From: an uncultured Ferruginibacter sp.
GTDB taxonomy: Bacteria; Bacteroidota; Bacteroidia; Chitinophagales; Chitinophagaceae
DNA length: 64,000 bases
NCBI GenBank assembly: GCA_964404845.1
Contig: CAYOLS010000001.1
Location: forward strand, 2,067 to 66,066
Reading direction: 5' to 3'
A program made the position numbers and the translations under genes. The notes beneath the pieces were generated by a model. The model was not told where the DNA came from. It searched no databases and worked only from the letters and a program-made list of their open reading frames with translations. Below are positions 18,505 to 27,607 of this stretch, in pieces. Each line of letters starts with the position of its first letter. The first letter of the stretch is position 1.

Positions 18505-19977
18505 TTAAGGCTTAAATTCTTTTATTATTTCTCTTGCCACTACTTCGCCGCTAATTAATGATGGCGGCACACCAGGCCCGGGCACTGTGAGCTGACCGGT
18601 GTAATACAAATTTTTTACTTTTTTGCTTTTCAGCGACGGCTTTAAGATAGCGGTTTGGGTCAATGTATTGGCCAAACCATAAGCATTGCCTTTGAAAGCA
18701 TTGTAATCATTTACGAAATCTGATACAGAATAGGATCTTCTGAAAACAATGGAGTGGCGGATCTGTTCGCCGGTCTTTTCTTCAAAACGATCTATTAGTT
18801 TCAGAAGATAAGCATCCCGTAATTCTTCCGTATCATCTTTCAACCCCGCCGCAACCGGCACCAGGAAAAATAAATTCTCATGCCCAGCGGGCGCTACCGT
18901 ATGATCGGTTACGGAAGCGGCGCATACGTAAAACAATGGATCGGCGGGCCATTCCTTTGTTTTGTATATCTCCCTGCCATGCTGCTCAAAATCGGTATCA
19001 AAAAACAGGTTGTGATGCAATACGTTTTTGAGCTTTTTATTGAGACCAATGTAATAGATCAAACAGGATGGCGCCATTACCCTGTTGTTCCAATACATTT
19101 CGTTATAGCTCCGGTTTTGCGCAGGTAATAACCGGTCTTCTATGAAATGGTAATCGGCTGCGCCGATTACCACATCAGCTTCAAATTCCCCTGTTTGGGT
19201 AATAACTTTTTTCACTTTACCATTATCAACTTCCAGTTGCTGTACATCCTGGTTGAATTCAAATTTTACTCCCAGCTCTTCTGCCAGCTGCTGCATGGCT
19301 TTTACTACTTCGTGCATGCCGCCCTGCGGGTACCAGGTGCCGAGCTTAATATCTGCATAGTTCATCAGGCTGTACAATGCCGGGATTTTTTCTGGCATGG
19401 CCCCGAGGAACAGTACAGGAAATTCCATCAGCTGCCTTAACCTTTCATCTTTAAAGAACCTGCTCACATGGTTTTTCATAGAAGTAAACACATCAAGCTT
19501 CAATAGACCTTTGGCCAGGTCAGCATCTATAAATTCTGTCAATGATCTTCCTGGTTTTTGCACCAGCTTGTTGATACCTACTTCGTATTTGTAAGCAGCT
19601 TCTTTTAAAAACTGGTCAAGCTTTTTCGCCGCCCCTTTTTCTATAGATTCAAAAAGCATTTTCAACTCTTCATATCCCGCAGGAATATCCTTGTATTCGC
19701 CTTGCCAGTAGACCCTGTAAGAAGGATCAAGCCGTTTCAATTGATAATAGTCTGCTACCTTTTTGCCAAATGAATTAAAATACTTTTCAAATACATCAGG
19801 CATCCAGTACCAGCTTGGCCCCATATCGAAGGTAAATCCTACAGTCTCCAGTTTTCTTGCCCTGCCTCCTGCCATTTCATGCTTTTCGAGCACGGTTACC
19901 TCCCAGCCTGCTTTTGACATAAAAGAGGCTGCCGAGATACCGGCAAAACCACTTCCTATCACAATTAGTTTTTTCAC
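18505..19977 (-). CDS. crtI: Phytoene desaturase
   Basis: IGSGFAG, GGRAR, FDMGPSWYWMP, YPQGG, GQLTVPGPGVPP; GTG start. Confidence 0.95.
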   Translation of the reverse strand: MKKLIVIGSGFAGISAASFMSKAGWEVTVLEKHEMAGGRARKLETVGFTFDMGPSWYWMPDVFEKYFNSFGKKVADYYQLKRLDPSYRVYWQGEYKDIPAGYEELKMLFESIEKGAAKKLDQFLKEAAYKYEVGINKLVQKPGRSLTEFIDADLAKGLLKLDVFTSMKNHVSRFFKDERLRQLMEFPVLFLGAMPEKIPALYSLMNYADIKLGTWYPQGGMHEVVKAMQQLAEELGVKFEFNQDVQQLEVDNGKVKKVITQTGEFEADVVIGAADYHFIEDRLLPAQNRSYNEMYWNNRVMAPSCLIYYIGLNKKLKNVLHHNLFFDTDFEQHGREIYKTKEWPADPLFYVCAASVTDHTVAPAGHENLFFLVPVAAGLKDDTEELRDAYLLKLIDRFEEKTGEQIRHSIVFRRSYSVSDFVNDYNAFKGNAYGLANTLTQTAILKPSLKSKKVKNLYYTGQLTVPGPGVPPSLISGEVVAREIIKEFKP

Positions 19978-20040
19978 CCGCCTAAAATAAGATTATTGAG
20001 ACAAGCAGGCTGACCTTTTTGAAAAAATATATTGTATCAC

Positions 20041-20541
20041 CTAAACCCTGCTTGTTTGCTGCTTTAATAATTTACGGGCAAAATGTATCCTGCTTTTTAC
20101 AGTTCCCAATGGTTCCCTGTAAATATTTGCGATCTCATTGTATTTGTATCCTTCAAAATACAGCAGGAACGGATCTTTGAAAACAACAGGCAGCCGATGG
20201 ATATTTTCCTGTATATCTTTTAATGCAATATTGTGCTCTGCCCTGTTAGATGCAACAGACTGATAATTGATCAATAACAATTCATTGACGGTATCATCTT
20301 TTACAATATTGTATTTTTTTGTGCGTCGGTAATTATTAATAAAAATGTTGCGCATGATGGTATATAACCAAGCTTTTATATTGGTGCCTACATGATATTT
20401 TTCTTTATTGATCAAGGCTTTTAAAAGCGTTTCCTGTAAAAGATCTTTTGCCGAATCATGGTCACGGGTGAGCGTGAGGGCGAATGGCCTGAGGTAATCC
20501 GTATTGTTCAGCAATAATCCATTGAACTCTTTTCCACTCAT
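20041..20541 (-). CDS. ECF-type RNA polymerase sigma factor
   Basis: Region 2 AKDLLQET...KAWLYTIMRN; region 4 EGYKYNEIA...PLGTVKSRIHFARK. Start MSGKEF at 20541. Confidence 0.93.
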   Translation of the reverse strand: MSGKEFNGLLLNNTDYLRPFALTLTRDHDSAKDLLQETLLKALINKEKYHVGTNIKAWLYTIMRNIFINNYRRTKKYNIVKDDTVNELLLINYQSVASNRAEHNIALKDIQENIHRLPVVFKDPFLLYFEGYKYNEIANIYREPLGTVKSRIHFARKLLKQQTSRV

Positions 20542-20576
20542 TTTGTTTAATTTGTAATACCTCAAAATTAAACAAA
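20542..20576. promoter_or_regulatory. 12-bp perfect palindrome overlapping a -7 promoter box; candidate CarH/LitR operator
   Basis: TTTGTTTAATTT (20542-20553), 11 bp spacer, AAATTAAACAAA (20565-20576). Minus-strand TAATTTTG (20563-20570) fits the Bacteroidota TAnnTTTG box. Confidence 0.6.
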
Positions 20577-20621
20577 GCTTTTGCCAAAATTATTACTGTG
20601 GAATATTGCCGGGGAAAGTTT

Positions 20622-21500
20622 TTATAAACTTTCAACAAAAGCCATTGATTCGGCCAGTGTGCGCTTGAAATGAATGGGCGGCTTTATTTTTTTCTCGTAA
20701 CTGTGGGTTATCTTCCCCGAAATAATGATGGGAATGGGCTTGAATTGCTGCTCCAGGTTGAACAGGAACCTGTCGAACCTGAAATTAGGCGCCAGGCTGG
20801 TAAGGTGACAATAAATATAATCAGGCCTTTTGTGCTCTACAGCATAGCCGAGGTCTTCGAGAGGCAGATTGGCTCCCATATAGATGACGGCAACCCCTTT
20901 TCTTTTCAATAAAAAATAAATGAAGAGCAGGCCGAGCTCATGGTATTCTCCTTCAGGAAGAAAGAGCAATACTTTTTTGGCTGACCTGGTTGCAGGTTTA
21001 CAATTTTCGATACCTGCAATTAATTTTTGCCGCAGCATATTGGATACCAGATGCTCCTGTGCCGGGTTGATATGGTTGGTGAGCCAGAGTATGCCTGTTT
21101 TTTCCAGGAAAGGAAAGATCAGGTTCATGATCATTTTTTCCAGGCCTTTGGACTGGATGTATTTATTAAGTGACTCAGAGAAGGCATCCATATCCATGCT
21201 GATCATGTGATTGACGAGGTCGTTAATGATCTTTTCCTGCTGGGCTTCTGCCTGGTGGAGCAGCAGTATTTTTTCATTCATTTCCGCAGCACTCATTTTA
21301 TCGATATGGGATATTTTAAAACCGTATTTATTGAGCAGGGCGATATTGAGAATAGTTCTTAACTCTTCGTTGCTGTAGTAGCGGATATTGGTGAAGCTGC
21401 GGCCGGGCTTGAGAAAACTGTAACGTTGTTCCCAGATGCGCAGGGTGTGGGCTTTGATGCCGGAAAGGTTTGACAGGTCTTTTATGGTGAATGAGTTCAT
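20622..21500 (-). CDS. carH: MerR-family cobalamin-binding photoreceptor regulator (CarH/LitR)
   Basis: MerR HTH (TLRIWEQRY), W-x9-EH signature (WLTNHINPAQEH), B12-binding EYHELG; heads the crt cluster. Confidence 0.88.
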   Translation of the reverse strand: MNSFTIKDLSNLSGIKAHTLRIWEQRYSFLKPGRSFTNIRYYSNEELRTILNIALLNKYGFKISHIDKMSAAEMNEKILLLHQAEAQQEKIINDLVNHMISMDMDAFSESLNKYIQSKGLEKMIMNLIFPFLEKTGILWLTNHINPAQEHLVSNMLRQKLIAGIENCKPATRSAKKVLLFLPEGEYHELGLLFIYFLLKRKGVAVIYMGANLPLEDLGYAVEHKRPDYIYCHLTSLAPNFRFDRFLFNLEQQFKPIPIIISGKITHSYEKKIKPPIHFKRTLAESMAFVESL

Positions 21501-21647
21501 GTAATTTGATTATTACAAATGAACTTAAAAAAGGTTGAGTAGAATTAAAAATATTAACAAAATAATCAGCAGAGAGGATAAAGAGAAAGGAGGAGCGTTT
21601 TCAATAGATGAAAACAACTTTGCCCCCGCCTTTCTACCGGCTAAATA

Positions 21648-22343
21648 TCAAAAAGAACGTGGCGGTAAATTCTTAAACAGCTTTGTGGTAAGTGTGTGGT
21701 TAGGAAAAAGGATGGACCAGCCGGTGAGGAAAATGATCTTAAAGTCGGTGAGAATGGAAGCATTTTCCAGGTACCAGAGCTCAAGTTGTCCCTTATAAGG
21801 ATAAATGATATTTGTATAAGCTTCTTTAGGATCAGCAGCATCCGACACAATTTTTTCCTCATCCCTGAATACCACCGAACCAATACCGGTGATGCCGGGT
21901 TTTGATAAGTATATTTTTTGCTTTACTTCTTCATTGTACACATCAAAGCTTACCTGCATGAGTGGTCTTGGACCTACAATGCTCATATCTCCTTTTAATA
22001 CATTGATGATCTGCGGCAGTTCATTGATCTTGCTCATGCGCAGGAATTTCCCGAAAGAAGTAACCCTGGGGTCATTTCTTAAAGTGATCTCACCAGTCCC
22101 GATATTAGGGCTGTTCTTGAGCATGGTCGCAAACTTATAGATGTCGAAGGTCTTATTGAGATAACCGATCCTTTTCTGGAAATAAAATACTTCCCTTTCT
22201 CCTGTAAACAACAGAATGATAACAACAGGTATGAGTATGGGTGATAGAATGATAAGGGCTATACCCGCAATAAGAATATCGAGTAGTCTTTTGATCGACT
22301 TATACATAGTAGATGGTGTGTTTACATAGACGGCTTGGATCAT
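21648..22343 (-). CDS. Initiating phosphoglycosyltransferase (PglC / small bacterial sugar transferase)
   Basis: KRLLDI, KFATM, DPRVT, INELPQ..NVLKGDMSIVGPRP, KPGITG. Alternative start at 22307. Confidence 0.92.
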   Translation of the reverse strand: MIQAVYVNTPSTMYKSIKRLLDILIAGIALIILSPILIPVVIILLFTGEREVFYFQKRIGYLNKTFDIYKFATMLKNSPNIGTGEITLRNDPRVTSFGKFLRMSKINELPQIINVLKGDMSIVGPRPLMQVSFDVYNEEVKQKIYLSKPGITGIGSVVFRDEEKIVSDAADPKEAYTNIIYPYKGQLELWYLENASILTDFKIIFLTGWSILFPNHTLTTKLFKNLPPRSF

Positions 22344-23473
22344 CAGAAGCAGCTTTTTATTTTATCCGCAACCCTTTGAAGGTCTGCGTCAGTAATATTG
22401 GTGCTGCAAGGGATGCTCAGGCAACGCTGGTAAATATAGTCAGACCTGTTGGTCTTGTTGTAAAAAATATTGTCTTTGAACATCCTTAGCTGGTTCATGG
22501 GCACCCAGAAAGGACGGCTCTGCATTTTATCATCGTTCAGCGCTTTGAGCACTTCTCTTTGTTTGGCAGTTTCAATGGTTGGCAACCACCAGTTGGGATT
22601 TACATCTGCGCTTACTTCCTGGAAGCTAATATCGCCTACGCCCTGCAAAGCATTTTTGTAAAATGTAATGATCTCTTTTTTCCTTGCTATAAAACCCGGT
22701 AGCTGTTCCATCTGCGCTACACCCATGGCTGCAGCTACATTCACGAGCCTGTAATTGTACCCAATTTCGTCGTGTATGTATTCAAACGGATCGCTCTTGG
22801 CCTGCGTGGTAAGGTGCTTTGCTTTTTTGGCAAGGGTTTCGTCATTGGTAACGATCATTCCGCCGCCGCCGGTAGTGATTATTTTATTGCCGTTGTAGCT
22901 GAAAGTGCCCATCAATCCAAAACTGCCGGCGTGTTTGCCTTTGTAATAAGAACCGAGCGCTTCTGTGCTGTCTTCAATTACGATAAGGTTGTGTTGTTTG
23001 GCCAATGCCAGCAAGCGATCCATATCGCAGATATTGCCGAGTACATGCACGGGCATGATCACGGGGATTCTCCTGCCGTCTTTTTTATAATGGCAGGCGC
23101 CGTTTTTTTGTTCTGTTTCATTTTCCAGGAATTCCTGGAGCAGATCAAGGTCCATCTGCCAGTTCTTTTCATCAGCATCGATCAGTATCGGGTCGGCACC
23201 GGTATATTTTATGGAATTGCAGGTAGCAATAAAAGTAATGTTTGGGGTAATGACATAATCATTCCGGTCAACACCCATTAAAATAAGGCAGATATGTAAA
23301 GCCGTGGTACCACTGCTGGTTGCTACAGCATATTTTGTCCCGGCAAATTCGGCACTCATTTTTTCAAACTGGTCCACATAAGCACCTACGCTGCTCACCC
23401 AACCGGTTTCAATACATTCTGTAACATATTTGAGCTCATTGCCGCCCATGTTCGGGCCAGAGAGTAAAAGCAT
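22343..23473 (-). CDS. PLP-dependent NDP-sugar aminotransferase (DegT family, LegC/PerA-like)
   Basis: GWVSSVGAYV, SSGTTALH, EDSTEALG, SYNGNKIITTGGGG, GYNYR. Confidence 0.9.
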   Translation of the reverse strand: MLLLSGPNMGGNELKYVTECIETGWVSSVGAYVDQFEKMSAEFAGTKYAVATSSGTTALHICLILMGVDRNDYVITPNITFIATCNSIKYTGADPILIDADEKNWQMDLDLLQEFLENETEQKNGACHYKKDGRRIPVIMPVHVLGNICDMDRLLALAKQHNLIVIEDSTEALGSYYKGKHAGSFGLMGTFSYNGNKIITTGGGGMIVTNDETLAKKAKHLTTQAKSDPFEYIHDEIGYNYRLVNVAAAMGVAQMEQLPGFIARKKEIITFYKNALQGVGDISFQEVSADVNPNWWLPTIETAKQREVLKALNDDKMQSRPFWVPMNQLRMFKDNIFYNKTNRSDYIYQRCLSIPCSTNITDADLQRVADKIKSCF

Positions 23474-23531
23474 AAAGAGTTAGTTATATAACGATAAACG
23501 CTGTTATTTTAAATAAGATATGCAAACCTAT

Positions 23532-23566
23532 AAAAAAAAATTGCTCCGGCCTAAAGCTGGAGCAAT
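23532..23566 (-). terminator. Intrinsic terminator after the epimerase gene
   Basis: Minus strand ATTGCTCCAGC-TTTAG-GCCGGAGCAAT followed by a T run; a -7 box TAGGTTTG (23523-23530) follows for the next gene. Confidence 0.75.
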
Positions 23567-23587
23567 CCGGTATAAATTATTAAACCA

Positions 23588-24559
23588 TTAAATATTCCTG
23601 AATTTTTGAGAGAAGGAATCGGTAACGATACCAGTGCTCAAAAGGGTATAGATCTCTTTAACACCATCCGGTACTTTTTTGGTGATGGTGAAGCCGAGTT
23701 CGTTTTTGATCTTATCGAAGTTCACTCTGTAATCCCTGGGGTCTTCGTTCATTTCCACGTAGTTTACCTTGGTGTTGGGCACCACTTTGCAAACTTCCTC
23801 AATGATCATTCCTTTGTTGTAGTTCTCTTCTGTTGTTCCAACATTGAAAACATTGGCACGCACTTTTGATTCGTCGCTTTCCAGCACGAGTACCACGGCT
23901 CTTGCCAGGTCATCTACGTGGCAGTACGGACGCCAGAACTGCGCTCCCCATATTTCCTGCTCGCCATTGATAGTTGCATTGCGGGTAAATTCATTTACGG
24001 TAAGATCGAAACGGATGCGTGGAGAAAAACCATATACAGTACTAAAGCGCAAAGCGGTTGAACACATACTGGCATCTTTCCTGTCTTCCAGCAAGTATTT
24101 TTCAAATTTCACTTTCAGCTCTGCGTATAATGATACAGGATTGAGTTCCGATGTTTCTACTACAAAGGAATCAGGGTCAGGCATTTTGCCGTAGTTGCTG
24201 CAGGTGCTGGCAAACACAAAACGTTTTACGCCGGCTTTTTCTGCTGCTTCAAATAATGCTACACTGCCATCCCAATTGGTTTCATTGGCTTCATCGCTGA
24301 ATTTTTTGCAGGCAGGGTCGCCTACAATAGCTGCCAGGTGTGCTATGGCATCAATGCCTTCGAGGGCTTTTGATACTTCTGCTGCATTCCTGATATCGCC
24401 TTTCATAAATTCAAAATTGGGGTGAAGCATTACATCATATAATGCGTCGCCACCAAATTTTAAACTATCGAAAGCTCTTACTTTATAACCCTTATCTAAT
24501 AATTGGCGAACCAATACAGAGCCGATATAGCCTGCGCCCCCCGTAACCAGTACTTTCAT
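23588..24559 (-). CDS. NAD-dependent epimerase/dehydratase (extended SDR)
   Basis: VTGGAGYIG, HLAAIVG, ASTCSNYG, YAELK (YxxxK). Confidence 0.9.
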   Translation of the reverse strand: MKVLVTGGAGYIGSVLVRQLLDKGYKVRAFDSLKFGGDALYDVMLHPNFEFMKGDIRNAAEVSKALEGIDAIAHLAAIVGDPACKKFSDEANETNWDGSVALFEAAEKAGVKRFVFASTCSNYGKMPDPDSFVVETSELNPVSLYAELKVKFEKYLLEDRKDASMCSTALRFSTVYGFSPRIRFDLTVNEFTRNATINGEQEIWGAQFWRPYCHVDDLARAVVLVLESDESKVRANVFNVGTTEENYNKGMIIEEVCKVVPNTKVNYVEMNEDPRDYRVNFDKIKNELGFTITKKVPDGVKEIYTLLSTGIVTDSFSQKFRNI

Positions 24560-24609
24560 AAAATTTGTAAATTTCTTTGCGGGGCAAATATACTAAACTA
24601 GGATAGAAA

Positions 24610-25254
24610 TCAAGCTGTCTTTAAATGAGTGATTTTTGCCGGTTCCAGGATCCTCGCAGGATTACCTACGACTTTTACATTATCAGGAATATCTTTTACA
24701 ACGACTGAACCGGCGCCTACGATCACATTTTTGCCGATCCTTATACCTTCTTTTACCACAGATTTAGCACCTATAAAACTATTCTCCCCAACTTTTACAT
24801 TTCCACATAATACGGCTCCAGGGGCAACATGGGCAAAATCGCCGATCTCACATTCATGTTCAATTACACAATAGGTATTGCAGATGGCACCTGTACCGAT
24901 CTTTGCAAATGCATTAATGGTTACATTGGGGGCTACCATAACGCCATGCGAAGCAATAGTTACAGTATGATCAATCGTAGAAGACGGATGAATTGCATTG
25001 ATAGGAAGCAAATTCCTTATGGCAAGATTGTTGAAGATATTTCTACGGATGGTATTATTACCAGTGGCAATAAAAAAATCCTGCTGGGTAAGGGCCCTGA
25101 TGCCTGTTTCAGATAATTCTTTTCCAAAATATTTAAGAGAAAGAGGATTCGATTGTTTTTCTTCAGAATCGCAATAACCAGTGGTTTTAATGCCCAAAGC
25201 GTGCAGGATCCCATTAATTACATAGGAATGACCCGAATAACCGATCAGTATCAT
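24610..25254 (-). CDS. Sugar acetyltransferase, NeuD/PglD family
   Basis: IGYSGH, GNNTIR, IHPS, hexapeptide repeats, IEHEC, GNPAR; start MILIG at 25254. Confidence 0.9.
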   Translation of the reverse strand: MILIGYSGHSYVINGILHALGIKTTGYCDSEEKQSNPLSLKYFGKELSETGIRALTQQDFFIATGNNTIRRNIFNNLAIRNLLPINAIHPSSTIDHTVTIASHGVMVAPNVTINAFAKIGTGAICNTYCVIEHECEIGDFAHVAPGAVLCGNVKVGENSFIGAKSVVKEGIRIGKNVIVGAGSVVVKDIPDNVKVVGNPARILEPAKITHLKTA

Positions 25255-25509
25255 AATATTGGTTTTTAGGATATTTTGCAGCAAGCTATTAAAACCTACT
25301 GCTCATATAATTATTTAACGCTGCTGGATGAAAAATATTGCGCTGCCAGTCATGTTAATGCCTAGTTACTTAAAGAAAACTTTTAACCATCTTTCAGGTT
25401 CTAAAATTTAACGCATTTAACGTTCGTTTTATTTTTCTTTATTATCTTCATCCGTTCTATTTACGGTGGTAAGAAAATACTATTAATTATTAAAAATATT
25501 GGTAAGGTC

Positions 25510-26157
25510 ATGAGTACAGACAATAAGAGAATATGCATAGTAGGTGCGGGCGGTTTTGCACGGGAAGTACTGTGTTGTTTAATTGACAGTATGAAAATTA
25601 GTGATGAGGAGATGGCAAAGACAGCCTGCTTTATGGTAGGCGATGAAGACTACAAAGAAAAAACTGTGATGGGCATTGATGTTATCCCTCAATCTTCTTT
25701 TGATGCTGCTTTATATAATGTAGTGGTGGGAATTGGCGAGCCGATGCTGAGAAAAAAAGTAGTGGAAAGCCTCCCGGCAGATACAACATATATTTCCGTT
25801 ATACATCCAAGCGCTGTCATATCAAAGTGGGTAACTATCGGTGAAGGAAGTGTGATAACAGCAGGAACGATCATTACCTGTAATGTAGCAATTGGCAAAC
25901 ACGTTCATTTAAACCTGCATACCACTATCGGGCACGATTGTGAAATAGGAGATTTTTGTACCACTACCCCCGGGGTAAACGTAAGTGGTATCTGTAAATT
26001 TGGAGAGTGCGTTTACCTGGGTACCAACTCATCTATCCGTCAGGGAGTTTCCATATGCAGCAATGTTACCATTGGTATGGGAGGGGTAGTAGTAAAAGAT
26101 ATTACTGAACCGGGTGTGTATATCGGTAATCCCTTAAAAAAACTGGAGAAAAAATAA
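25510..26157 (+). CDS. Sugar acetyltransferase, NeuD/PglD family
   Basis: IVGAGGFAREV, IHPSA, TIGHDC, hexapeptide repeats, GNP. Confidence 0.9.
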   Translation: MSTDNKRICIVGAGGFAREVLCCLIDSMKISDEEMAKTACFMVGDEDYKEKTVMGIDVIPQSSFDAALYNVVVGIGEPMLRKKVVESLPADTTYISVIHPSAVISKWVTIGEGSVITAGTIITCNVAIGKHVHLNLHTTIGHDCEIGDFCTTTPGVNVSGICKFGECVYLGTNSSIRQGVSICSNVTIGMGGVVVKDITEPGVYIGNPLKKLEKK

Positions 26158-26171
26158 AGTTTTTCAAACCA

Positions 26172-27344
26172 TCAGCGAGCCAGCTTATTATATTCCTGCA
26201 GCATGGCTTTCCAAAACTTCTCACGGGGAAATGTATTGTAAACAAATTGGTAGAGTTGTTCACTCATTTGTAAACCGCCGTGTTTGTTTTCGAGCGCACG
26301 GTTAAGCTCATGCTGCAGGCTCTTCTCATCCGAACAGGTAAATACCAGGCCTGTTTTTCCATGCACCACTATATCCATATTGCCCGGAATATTACTGCAG
26401 ATGACAGGCAGCTTCATCACGGCTGATTCAAGCAATACATTTGGAAAGCCTTCTCTGTGTGATGGAAATACGAAATAATCGGCTATTGCCATCAGGTGTT
26501 CAACTTTGTCTGTCCATGATATATGAATGATGGCAGGATGGCCGGATATGGCCTGTTCAATATGGGCCGGAAGCGGATCGAGTGAACGCTCAAAAGGGCC
26601 GGCTAATATCAACCTAAGGGATTTATTTTTTTTGTATAACTTTTGAAAAACATTTACAAGTTCTACAATACCCTTGTCAAATACCATACGACCCACAAAT
26701 AACAAGTACGTGAACTGCTGATCATAATTTATAGAATTTTTTAACTCGTTTAGTTCAGCTTCATTGATATTTTCTTTATTGAACCTGTTTATATCTACAC
26801 CGTTTGAAGACCCTTCTCCTATGATGTGTATTTTTTTTGCCGGACATAACCTGTGCTGTAAAATATACTCTTTTAAAGATGGACTGTTAGGCCATACATG
26901 ATTAGCGGCAGCATAGGTTAACTTTTCGATAAAAGACAGCAGTTTTAATTTAAAACCTTTTTCCACCATCAGGGGCAATCCTGCTACTGTATGAATCCTG
27001 CATTTAACCCAACAAAGCCTGGCAGCAAGCATTCCTAATAAGCCAGCCTTGGGTGTTTCTGTATGAACAATATCAGGACGTTGTTGTAAAAATATCTTGG
27101 TGAGTATGATCAATGCCCACAGATCCCGGAAGGGTGTGATCTTCCTGGTCATTGGTACAATTATATGAGGGCAGTTTTCCTGCTGCTGTAGTATGGCAGT
27201 TTCTTTACCTCCGGCACTTATCATTATCACATCGAAACCATTATTATTCATATAAGTGGGTTGTCCATGCAATGGGTAAGCTAAAGCGCTGGGGACAGTT
27301 GTAATACGAATGAGTTTTTTTTTCTGCTGCAAACCGTTATTCAT
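26172..27344 (-). CDS. Glycosyltransferase family 4 (CapM-like)
   Basis: IVHTETPKAG, GSSNGVD, VGRMVFDKG, PSHREGFPNVLLE. Confidence 0.92.
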   Translation of the reverse strand: MNNGLQQKKKLIRITTVPSALAYPLHGQPTYMNNNGFDVIMISAGGKETAILQQQENCPHIIVPMTRKITPFRDLWALIILTKIFLQQRPDIVHTETPKAGLLGMLAARLCWVKCRIHTVAGLPLMVEKGFKLKLLSFIEKLTYAAANHVWPNSPSLKEYILQHRLCPAKKIHIIGEGSSNGVDINRFNKENINEAELNELKNSINYDQQFTYLLFVGRMVFDKGIVELVNVFQKLYKKNKSLRLILAGPFERSLDPLPAHIEQAISGHPAIIHISWTDKVEHLMAIADYFVFPSHREGFPNVLLESAVMKLPVICSNIPGNMDIVVHGKTGLVFTCSDEKSLQHELNRALENKHGGLQMSEQLYQFVYNTFPREKFWKAMLQEYNKLAR

Positions 27345-27404
27345 TTGTAATGAGCTGCAAAACTAATGTCATATTACTTGCTATACAAATCCGATTGTTG
27401 CAGT

Positions 27405-27519
27405 TAGTGTCTTTATTTGAAAATATTGTCAGTCTCCGGTATTAGGTCATGAATAAACCCTCCTTCGACAAGCTCAGGCTGACATCTCTTTTACATTAAA
27501 AATTCAAACTGAGGCACTA
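27405..27519. mobile_element. Composite MITE/REP-like element, copy 2 (left inner arm eroded)
   Basis: Outer inverted ends TAGTGTCTTTATTTGAA (27405-27421) / TTCAAACTGAGGCACTA (27503-27519), 13/17 complementary. Inner CTTCGACAAGCTCAGGCTGACAT is 22/23 identical to 6022-6044. Confidence 0.7.
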
Positions 27520-27551
27520 TCTTGCTGTATCGTGCAAAACCTGTTTGGCAT

Positions 27552-27586
27552 AAAACAAAACTAGCATCTTTAAAAGACGCCAGTTT
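27552..27586 (-). terminator. Intrinsic terminator after the GT2 gene
   Basis: Minus strand AAACTGGCGTCTT-TTA-AAGATGCTAGTTTTGTTTT; stem includes G-U pairs. Confidence 0.65.
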
Positions 27587-27607
27587 ATAAGCATATGAAA
27601 TAAGATA

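Noticed and set aside
19978-20040. ECF-dependent promoter directly upstream of crtI (TGTCT -10-like)
   Set aside because: There is no convincing -35 element; too speculative without TSS data.
21501-21647. Possible cobalamin riboswitch upstream of the B12-binding regulator
   Set aside because: The gap is short and AT-rich, with no recognisable B12-box or conserved core.
22343-26157. Legionaminic or sialic acid biosynthesis
   Set aside because: No NeuB/LegI synthase, NeuC/LegG epimerase or NeuA cytidylyltransferase is in the window.
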